Source: a virus (lineage: Duplodnaviria; Caudoviricetes). Taken from it: DNA of 55,920 nucleotides. Below are positions 1-7,170 of the stretch, one piece after another (position 1 is the stretch's first letter; every line of letters starts with the position of its first letter). The translations under genes were made by a program, and so were the position numbers. The stretch is from IMG/VR virus record IMGVR_UViG_3300003324_000282, positions 1-55,920 of that record; one strand, 5' to 3'. A model generated the notes under the pieces. That model was not told where the DNA came from and ran no database searches. It was given only the letters and a program-made list of their open reading frames with translations.

Positions 1-40
1 CCCGAAAATATCTCCGGGGGGAAAAATTCGGGAAAAGTTT
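1..40. other. Probable left genome terminus (cos-proximal); inverted repeat CCCGAA(1-6)/TTCGGG(27-32) around AAAATATCTCCGGGGGGAAAAATT
   Basis: Non-coding end of the window, directly upstream of the small-terminase-like/HNH packaging genes; dyad visible in sequence. Confidence 0.6.
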
Positions 41-64
41 TCATGATCATCTTCTGCGTAAGCC

Positions 65-144
65 TATGGGGTTCTGCATAAAGTCTGTTAACCCCCCCGG
101 CAGACTTTGATGCTCGAACTTAAACGACAATAACTGTGCCCATA
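65..144 (+). ncRNA. Three-way-junction RNA motif, copy 1 (leader of first operon)
   Basis: TATGGG(65-70)/CCCATA(139-144); long P2 including AAAGTCTGTT/GGCAGACTTT; TTAAA junction; CG-A-CA..TG-TG P3; same architecture at 43280-43342. Confidence 0.55.
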
Positions 145-168
145 CTATAGTGAAAGGAGTTGAAACCT

Positions 169-519
169 ATGGTATCTCGTCGAGTAGATGGGGAAAAGTC
201 TAAGAAAACTCGTCGCCCAATGGCAACAACTCCTGAGGCTCAAGAGAACCGTCTCATTGGTAAAGCTGTTGATCTGGCTGAAAGACAACTGGAAGATGGA
301 ACTGCTTCTGCGCAGGTCATCACACACTTTCTTAAGCTTGGCTCGTCGCGAGAGAAACTTGAACAAGAACTCGTCGAGCAAAACATTGAACTTCAGAAAG
401 CCAAGCGAGAAAGTATGGCTTCTGCTGCTCGAGTTGAAGAACTTTACTCTGCAGCAATTAGTGCCATGCGCGCATACGCAGGACAAGAACCTCTTGAGCA
501 AGATGATGATTACGAATAG
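169..519 (+). CDS. Putative terminase small subunit
   Basis: First gene of the genome; RBS GAAAGGAG at 152-159 fits ATG 169; helical protein (EDGTASAQVITHFLK..coiled coil); position near HNH and terminase. Confidence 0.6.
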   Translation: MVSRRVDGEKSKKTRRPMATTPEAQENRLIGKAVDLAERQLEDGTASAQVITHFLKLGSSREKLEQELVEQNIELQKAKRESMASAARVEELYSAAISAMRAYAGQEPLEQDDDYE

Positions 520-528
520 GAGAAGGTA

Positions 529-1395
529 GTGATCGAACAAGATTACATAGTTCGCATAAAGAAGTACCAACCGACTGATCCACGACTTGGCCGTCATGTA
601 CGTCATGATAGCAGATCGTTGAGCTTTCCGGTAGAGGCAGAGCCACTTAATTCTCTTAAGAGTATTCGTCACATCTCTCACTTCCCAACTTTGAACCAAA
701 AGAATGTCGGAGCTTGTACTGCTTTCGCTGGAGTCAAGTGTCTCAGTTATGATACCTTTTGGTCAAGTCCTGCCATTCAGAAAGTTCTTTCTTTAAGTGA
801 GACGATGGATGATCAGTATGCTATGACGGCATATAGTGACGTAACTAAGATCGATCCATATCCAGGTACGTATCCGCCGACTGATACTGGCTCAGATGGT
901 TTGTCAGTAGCAAAACTATTCTTGAGCCGAAAGCTTATTTCAGGTTATCAGCATGCGACTTCACTTGAAGCAGCACTTACTGCTTTGGCTAAACAGCCGG
1001 TGATTGTAGGAACTACTTGGAAGTATGACATGTTCCGTCCTGACCCGCTTGATGGCAAGATGAAGATCAGCGGATCTGATCAAGGTGGACATGAGTATGT
1101 TCTCGATGAATTGGATGTAGAACGGCGGCGAGTTTGGCTTCAGAACAGCTGGGCTGATGTTTGGGGAATTCATGGTCGTGCTTACATGACCTGGGATGAA
1201 CTGGGTGAGTTATTGGATGATGATGGCGACTGTACAGTCTTCATTTCATCTTCGCAACCAGCGCCAACTCCGATTCCGCCTACACCGCCGTCTCCTCAGC
1301 CAGCACCAGTTGTTGACTTGAAGGCTGTATTCCAGAGTGATGTAGTCTTTGAGATCAACAAGGTGTTACAAAGTTTTCAAAATAAGCTCGGCTGA
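529..1395 (+). CDS. Papain-like (C1 family) cysteine peptidase
   Basis: Q-x-x-x-G-A-C (QKNVGAC), GGHEY histidine, QNSW..WG asparagine motif; Pro-rich C-terminal linker. Confidence 0.8.
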   Translation: MIEQDYIVRIKKYQPTDPRLGRHVRHDSRSLSFPVEAEPLNSLKSIRHISHFPTLNQKNVGACTAFAGVKCLSYDTFWSSPAIQKVLSLSETMDDQYAMTAYSDVTKIDPYPGTYPPTDTGSDGLSVAKLFLSRKLISGYQHATSLEAALTALAKQPVIVGTTWKYDMFRPDPLDGKMKISGSDQGGHEYVLDELDVERRRVWLQNSWADVWGIHGRAYMTWDELGELLDDDGDCTVFISSSQPAPTPIPPTPPSPQPAPVVDLKAVFQSDVVFEINKVLQSFQNKLG

Positions 1396-1778
1396 TGAGT
1401 AATCCAGTAGCTCTTATTCGTCGAATACGTGATAAGAGAGAGTCATACAAAGCAATCGTACTGTGGTGTCCTGGCTGTGAAATTACCGATGAGGATGGGC
1501 ATGTTCATGCTGGTCTTCATATGCTTCCTATCAATGGTAATGCCAAGAAGCGACCAACCTGGAAGTGGAATGGTGATTTGGTCCAGGTTACTCTTACCCC
1601 GAGCATACTCACAAAGTCTAATCGTGGTGTTATTCCCTTTAGATGTCATTCCTTTCTTCGACAAGGTCGATGGGAATTTCTAAACGATTGCACACACCCA
1701 TTGAAAGGCCGTACTGTTCCAATGGTGCCTTTACCAGATTGGGTGATTCATGAAGACGAGAAACTACCGCGAACTTAG
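1395..1778 (+). CDS. DUF6527-like Cys/His protein
   Basis: CPGC..H..WNG..TLTPSI..CHSFL..G.WEFL.DCTH pattern; TGATG coupling with upstream gene. Confidence 0.6.
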   Translation: MSNPVALIRRIRDKRESYKAIVLWCPGCEITDEDGHVHAGLHMLPINGNAKKRPTWKWNGDLVQVTLTPSILTKSNRGVIPFRCHSFLRQGRWEFLNDCTHPLKGRTVPMVPLPDWVIHEDEKLPRT

Positions 1779-2160
1779 ACGCTTGGAAACTTTTGAAGAT
1801 CGATTCGACTATCTTTCATTAAAAGGAGTGGTCGGAGAGACAACCTTTGGTTTCGATCGTTATTTGAATCAACAGTTTTATCGATCTCGAGAATGGCGAT
1901 TACTCAGAGATGAGATTATTCTTCGAGATGAAGGATGTGATCTAGGCATAATGGGTTATGAGATTCACAGCAAAATTCTTATTCACCATATGAATCCGGT
2001 GATGAAAGAAAATATCTTACATAGAGATCCTGATCTCCTTAATCCTGACTATTTGATCACGACTACAATTCAAACACATAATGCCATTCACTACGGTGAC
2101 AAGAATTTACTTCCAAAAGTATTTGTCGAGCGTAGAAGAGGCGACACTAAACTATGGTAA
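1750..2160 (+). CDS. HNH endonuclease (packaging-associated type)
   Basis: FY.S.EW..LRD.I..RD.GC..IHHMNP..THNAIH; located near the genome end. Confidence 0.8.
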   Translation: MKTRNYRELRRLETFEDRFDYLSLKGVVGETTFGFDRYLNQQFYRSREWRLLRDEIILRDEGCDLGIMGYEIHSKILIHHMNPVMKENILHRDPDLLNPDYLITTTIQTHNAIHYGDKNLLPKVFVERRRGDTKLW

Positions 2161-2169
2161 GGGGTTGGG

Positions 2170-2871
2170 ATGGCTAAAACTATTAACTATGACAAGCATG
2201 TAAAGAACCTGATTGACGAACTTAGCAATACTGGGCATGTTTATCACACGAAGTACAAGAAGACTTCGATTACATTTCACCATAATGGCGGTAATCTTTC
2301 CTTTGAGGACGTCCTTAGAACCTGGACATTCAAGAAGGCTTCCGCACACTTCGACTCTGATGAGTTTGGAAACATTGCTCAGTATGTCAATGCCGAAGAG
2401 TATGCTTGGGCTGTCGGCAATACCGAAGGTAACAAGTCGTCTATCAGCATTGAGATGGCCAACAAGACTGGCGCCCCACATTGGGAGGTTGGTGAAGCCA
2501 CCTGGGAGAGTGCTGCTCGTCTTGCCGGCTGGTTATTTGCTCATGTGATCGAGGAAGAGCCAACTCATAGGAATGTTTTGTTGCATGATCATTGGTCAGC
2601 AACAGAATGTCCCGGCCCTTATGTTCACTCAATCTATAAGCAGCTTCTTGCTGAGGTACAGCGTTGGTATCGGCATTTCCATAAGCTGATTCAGGAAAAG
2701 CATAGTAAAGAAGAACCGCATCATGATGAACTCCAGAAGCATTATACTAAATCTGAAGAGATCATCAGAACCATTCAGGATCTCATGGATGTTAAGGTTG
2801 ATGGCAAGTGGGGACCCAAGACCGATGAAGCTGTTCTTGCATTCAGGAAGAAACACCTGAACAAGTTCTAG
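2170..2871 (+). CDS. Endolysin, N-acetylmuramoyl-L-alanine amidase (Amidase_2) with C-terminal PG-binding-like motif
   Basis: TFHH, SAHF, WAVGN, SIE, H..WSATECPG motifs; C-terminal VDGKWGPKT. Confidence 0.85.
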   Translation: MAKTINYDKHVKNLIDELSNTGHVYHTKYKKTSITFHHNGGNLSFEDVLRTWTFKKASAHFDSDEFGNIAQYVNAEEYAWAVGNTEGNKSSISIEMANKTGAPHWEVGEATWESAARLAGWLFAHVIEEEPTHRNVLLHDHWSATECPGPYVHSIYKQLLAEVQRWYRHFHKLIQEKHSKEEPHHDELQKHYTKSEEIIRTIQDLMDVKVDGKWGPKTDEAVLAFRKKHLNKF

Positions 2872-2880
2872 GAGGTGACC

Positions 2881-3294
2881 ATGGCGGGTAGCATTCTCAA
2901 TGATACAAAGAAAATTCTTGGATTTGAACAAGATGACACCGGTTTCGATCTCGATATTCTGACACATATCAACTCGGCATTTGACACGTTGGAACAATTG
3001 GGGATCGGACCAGCTGGTGGTTTCTCGATTGAGGATGCTACTCCGACATGGGATGACTTCATTGCTTCTGATCCCCGGTACAACTCAATCAAGACCTATG
3101 TATATCTGAAAGTTCGTTTGCTCTTTGATCCTCCAACAACGTCGTTCCATCTTCAAGCGATGCAAGATCAGATTAGACAATATGAATGGCGACTCAATGT
3201 AAAGCGAGAAGATACTGCTTGGGTTAGCCCGTTCCCAGCAATTCCTTCTGAAGATGATGAAGATCCTATTATTCTTGAAGGTGGTACCGTTTAA
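2881..3294 (+). CDS. Head-to-tail adaptor-like (head completion) protein
   Basis: SIL..TKK.LG..FD.DIL.HINSAF..L.QLG..YVYLKVRLLFDPP pattern; RBS GGAGG; C-terminal IILEGGTV. Confidence 0.6.
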   Translation: MAGSILNDTKKILGFEQDDTGFDLDILTHINSAFDTLEQLGIGPAGGFSIEDATPTWDDFIASDPRYNSIKTYVYLKVRLLFDPPTTSFHLQAMQDQIRQYEWRLNVKREDTAWVSPFPAIPSEDDEDPIILEGGTV

Positions 3295-3306
3295 CAAGGA
3301 GGTTTC

Positions 3307-4131
3307 GTGTATATTTTTAAATTAAGACGCGGGTCCTCTACTGAATGGGCGCTTAAAAACCCAGTCCTGCAAGCTGGAGAACCAGCAGTTGAATGGGATA
3401 CTAATAGATTTAAAATTGGTGATGGATCTAGATCCTATCTGGATCTTCCATATTTTGTAGATGAAACTGAATTAGAATCTATGATTAATACTAGTATTTC
3501 TAATCTTGAAATTACCTCTGTTCCTGGACCAGCCGGTGATTCTGCATATCAAACTTGGCTTAATGCCGGTAACGTCGGTACTGAAGAAGATTTTCTTTTG
3601 TCATTAGTTGGTCCGGCAGGAATTTCTATTGGAAGTATCTCTGATTCACATGCAGACATTCAGGTCATAAATACTAATTTAGAAACAGTAATTGCTTCTC
3701 AGCTCTTACCAGTAGACTCAATATCTGGCGATTGGTATTGGTTACGGGTAGTTGGAGATTTGGCTAATAATTTTGGCTCAGCAATTAATATGTTGTGGAA
3801 AGTTATTCTCGGAGATACTCCAGCTATTGTTTCTAATAACTTAGCTATCCCAACAGGTGTTAATCGTCGTCAATGGCAAGCTGACATTTTTGCCCTTGTA
3901 GCTACTCCTCAAGATGTTAGATTATCAGTAAATTTTAGCGGTTTAACTACAAACAATCCTGGCTGGATTATTGGTAGTGGTACTGTGGTTGGTGTAGGTA
4001 GTGGCAGTGCAGCCGAAGATCTAACTCTTGGAAAATATCTTCAATTATCTGTAATTCTAAATACAGCATCTCCGTTGGTTGATTGTCGAGTTAAAACTGC
4101 AGTTTTGTTGAGAGCAAAACGAGAAGTCTAA
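3307..4131 (+). CDS. Fibre protein with Mtd_N/hyaluronidase-N-like domain
   Basis: N-terminal LRRGSSTEW..NPVL.AGE...E.DT.RFKIGDG; GDSAYQ.W...GN.GTE repeat unit; beta-rich C-terminus. Confidence 0.7.
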   Translation: MYIFKLRRGSSTEWALKNPVLQAGEPAVEWDTNRFKIGDGSRSYLDLPYFVDETELESMINTSISNLEITSVPGPAGDSAYQTWLNAGNVGTEEDFLLSLVGPAGISIGSISDSHADIQVINTNLETVIASQLLPVDSISGDWYWLRVVGDLANNFGSAINMLWKVILGDTPAIVSNNLAIPTGVNRRQWQADIFALVATPQDVRLSVNFSGLTTNNPGWIIGSGTVVGVGSGSAAEDLTLGKYLQLSVILNTASPLVDCRVKTAVLLRAKREV

Positions 4132-4149
4132 ACCTAAGGAGTGGTCTAG

Positions 4150-4590
4150 TTGTTTACAAGTGAAGATCTCAAAGACGTAGTTGCTGATACAGATGATTGG
4201 GAGAATACTGCAAGAGCAAATCGAACTTTGCTTCGTGAGTTCAGAACTCTTCTTGGTCAACCGGAATTTTCCGATGTCGAAACTCTTGGCGAACTTAAGC
4301 AACGATTGGCAAATAGTGCTGCTGATAGTTATGGCGTGGTTCGAAGTAATCGTGATAAGCTAATTGCTTTGATTGATAGCGCTCGAGAAGATGGCTCGAA
4401 TTACGAACAATTCAACGACTCACTTTTCCACCTGTTTCGACTGACTGATATGCAGGTCATGTTCGTTCGTGGTATGCGAGAGTTCTTTGGCTCGCCTGTT
4501 GTCACTGAGCTCTCGAACATGATGGACAACGAACGAATTGCTGCTATGAACGAAATTCTTACGAGTGAAGATGACGAAGCAGGTACCTAA
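4150..4590 (+). CDS. Hypothetical helical protein
   Basis: TTG start after TAAGGAG; fills the gap between neighbours. Confidence 0.65.
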   Translation: MFTSEDLKDVVADTDDWENTARANRTLLREFRTLLGQPEFSDVETLGELKQRLANSAADSYGVVRSNRDKLIALIDSAREDGSNYEQFNDSLFHLFRLTDMQVMFVRGMREFFGSPVVTELSNMMDNERIAAMNEILTSEDDEAGT

Positions 4591-5486
4591 TGAAAAGTAC
4601 TTGGACTGAACGAGCCAAGGCAATTTCTTTTGATCCATCTGGTTTGGTAGTTGTCAAAGGCATCAACGTTCAAACAGCTTTGGAAGAACTTGATAACTAT
4701 GTATCCAGCCTTGCGGGGGGTGGAGGTGATCCAGGATCTCCGGGTGCTGACGGTGAATCAGCATATCAGATCTGGCTTGACCTTGGTAACACTGGGACTG
4801 AAGCAGATTTTATTGCTTCTTTAACAGGTCCTGAAGGTGAATCGGCATATCAGGTCTGGTTAGATCTAGGCAACACGGGGACTGAAGCAGATTTTATTGC
4901 TTCACTTCGGGGACCAGCGGGTACTGATGGAACAAATGGTGTTGATGGTACCGATGGGGCGTCAGCTTATCAGATTTGGTTGGGTCTTGGTAACACAGGA
5001 ACTGAAGCAGATTTTATTGCTTCTTTAACAGGTCCTGCTGGTGTTGACGGAGCAGATGGAGGCATTGAGATTGCTGCGGCAATTATTAACGCCAACTATG
5101 TGCCTACAAATGCACAAGCAGATGTTCCTGGTGCGCAATTAGTAGTTCCTGCCAATAGCGGTCCATTTGAACTTGAAGTTCTTGGTGGTGTATACGGCGG
5201 TATTACTACAGGAACCCAACCAGCTAATACTGTTATTCAAATTCAATTACAGTTTGTTGATGAGGCAAATACCATTGTTGCATTCTCAGCAGCAGCCACA
5301 ATTGCAACCGGTACATCTTATTCTACAGTAGTTACTATTCCAATCGCACAATCTTTTGGAAATTTTACCACCGATAAGACTTATCGTCTGCAAGCTCGTA
5401 TGACAGCTCTGGCAAATGGTGCCAGTAGTGTACTTAACTTTGGCGGTATCTTCCCTGCACGTACAATGCGGGCAGTTCGGCGATGA
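4590..5486 (+). CDS. Collagen-like/repeat fibre protein
   Basis: Three GESAYQ(I/V)WL.LGNTGTEADFIASL.GP modules separated by G-x-x triplets; beta-rich C-terminal domain. Confidence 0.7.
   Translation: MKSTWTERAKAISFDPSGLVVVKGINVQTALEELDNYVSSLAGGGGDPGSPGADGESAYQIWLDLGNTGTEADFIASLTGPEGESAYQVWLDLGNTGTEADFIASLRGPAGTDGTNGVDGTDGASAYQIWLGLGNTGTEADFIASLTGPAGVDGADGGIEIAAAIINANYVPTNAQADVPGAQLVVPANSGPFELEVLGGVYGGITTGTQPANTVIQIQLQFVDEANTIVAFSAAATIATGTSYSTVVTIPIAQSFGNFTTDKTYRLQARMTALANGASSVLNFGGIFPARTMRAVRR
4752..5040 (+). repeat. Three copies of an ~84-bp coding repeat
   Basis: Core ACTGAAGCAGATTTTATTGCTTC is identical in three copies (~4797, ~4881, ~5001). Confidence 0.85.
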
Positions 5487-6253
5487 GTGTTCGTACCCTG
5501 TACCAACAAGGATTTTCTGCTGCTAATCCAAGTTTTGCCAGTATCTTGATGTATGAAAAAACGCATGTGTTTGATCAGTCACGTCCCTTGATTATTGGTC
5601 TTCACGGTCATGGCGGTAATGCTTTGCAATTTATGCCTGGTGGGACAATCCCTAATTTTCCAGCTGCTTTAGTTGAAGCTGGATATATTTTTCTGTCGAT
5701 TGACACAGGACCAACCAGTTGGGCAACAGATGCTGCGATGAATGTTATCACTGATGCTGCTAACTGGGCTGCTAGTAAAGTAAAAACTGGAAAACTTGGT
5801 CTTATGGGATATTCCATGAATGGTGCAGGAGCACTTAACTGGCTTAAACGAAATCCAACCAAGGTTGCATGTGCATGGCTTTGGAATCCACTTCTTGACT
5901 TGGACTGGGCACATTCTACCGCAGGATATACACCTCCTGAAGGTGGAACCGTAGCTAACGTCTCTGGTTGGACAACAGAATTAGATGCTGCTTATGGTGG
6001 AAACTTTGCTGTAAATGCTGTAGGACATAAGATAATGAGTGATTTGAGCTCGTATCGTTTAGGTATTCCAATTAAGGTTTCCGCAGCATCGGATGATGCA
6101 ACGATCCCGATCAGTCATGCTCGATATTTTGTTGCTCAGGTTAATGATCCACTAGTTACTCAACGACTACCTGAACCGATAGGCGGTCACGTTCTAGGTA
6201 CAAGAGGTGTTCCTACGCAAGAAGTAGTTGACTTCTTCAAAGCATATCTGTAA
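5483..6253 (+). CDS. Alpha/beta-hydrolase (esterase-like)
   Basis: LHGHGG oxyanion loop, GYSMNG nucleophile elbow, SDD acid, GGH histidine. Confidence 0.75.
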   Translation: MSVRTLYQQGFSAANPSFASILMYEKTHVFDQSRPLIIGLHGHGGNALQFMPGGTIPNFPAALVEAGYIFLSIDTGPTSWATDAAMNVITDAANWAASKVKTGKLGLMGYSMNGAGALNWLKRNPTKVACAWLWNPLLDLDWAHSTAGYTPPEGGTVANVSGWTTELDAAYGGNFAVNAVGHKIMSDLSSYRLGIPIKVSAASDDATIPISHARYFVAQVNDPLVTQRLPEPIGGHVLGTRGVPTQEVVDFFKAYL

Positions 6254-6263
6254 GGAGGTGAAC

Positions 6264-6665
6264 ATGTCCGACCTTCAACATTTTGGAATTAAAGGTATGC
6301 ATTGGGGTGTTCGCCGCCAACGTGCAGCCGATGGAAAAGTTAGGGGTCCTTCTAAATCTACACGAGAAGGTGTCTCTTCCGATGCAGCAAGAGCTCATGA
6401 AGCTAGAGCAAAAGTAAAATCTCATGGATTAGATTCTTTGTCTAATCAAGATCTTCAACATTTAGTTAGTCGTATGAATCTCGAACAACAATATTCTAGA
6501 TTAACTAGTGATAAAACAAATGTTGCTAAAGTAAAGAAGGGCCGTAACGCTATTAAAGAAGTTATTGGCGTTGCCATTATGGCCAAGCAGGTTCATGAGA
6601 TTGTCAACAGTCCTATGGTTAAGGACATTAAAGTTGCCGTGGGTAAAACTAAAAAGGGCGGATAA
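6264..6665 (+). CDS. Small basic protein with N-terminal HFGIKGMHWGVRR motif
   Basis: RBS TAAGGAGG before ATG 6264; motif shared with 8913, 9286 and the RNAP N-terminus. Confidence 0.8.
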   Translation: MSDLQHFGIKGMHWGVRRQRAADGKVRGPSKSTREGVSSDAARAHEARAKVKSHGLDSLSNQDLQHLVSRMNLEQQYSRLTSDKTNVAKVKKGRNAIKEVIGVAIMAKQVHEIVNSPMVKDIKVAVGKTKKGG

Positions 6666-6679
6666 ATCGAGGAGGTGAC

Positions 6680-7153
6680 ATGGATCCAGCCGATGCGTCT
6701 GCAAGTGATGGTGTTATGCTTGCTTTCCTTCCTACCAATAGCGATTGGTCAAGAGTAGATATTCCGCATATGACTTTGGTTTATGCTGGGACAGTAGATA
6801 CCTTCTCGCCGACTGATCTAAATAATCTTGCCAAAGATGCAGCGTCTTTAGCTTTATTAGCAAGTCCATTCTACTTAACAGTAAGAGGTGTAGTCAAGCT
6901 AGGACCAGATGATGATCCAGTTCAGGCGCTGTCTTTTCAAGCTACACCAGATCTTTGGGCTATGCGTAAGTTTGTGGAAAAGTGGAACAAGAGTGAGTTT
7001 CCATTCAATCCACATGCAACCATTGGACCATACAATGCCATGTCGACGTATGTAGAATCTGTACCTCGTTCAGTATACTTCGATCGCCTTTACCTTGGTT
7101 ATGGAGATGAAGGACTTACATTTAATCTTCGTCGAGGTAATGGATCATATTAA
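6680..7153 (+). CDS. 2H phosphoesterase (Acb1/LigT-like)
   Basis: Two HxT motifs, PHMTL and PHATI, about 80 aa apart; RBS GAGGAGG. Confidence 0.8.
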   Translation: MDPADASASDGVMLAFLPTNSDWSRVDIPHMTLVYAGTVDTFSPTDLNNLAKDAASLALLASPFYLTVRGVVKLGPDDDPVQALSFQATPDLWAMRKFVEKWNKSEFPFNPHATIGPYNAMSTYVESVPRSVYFDRLYLGYGDEGLTFNLRRGNGSY

Positions 7154-7170
7154 ATAGAAAGGAGGTTGGC

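Noticed and set aside
145-699. 184-aa reverse-strand ORF, and the other minus-strand ORFs such as 21535-22092
   Set aside because: Fully overlap well-supported + strand genes; no RBS or motif support
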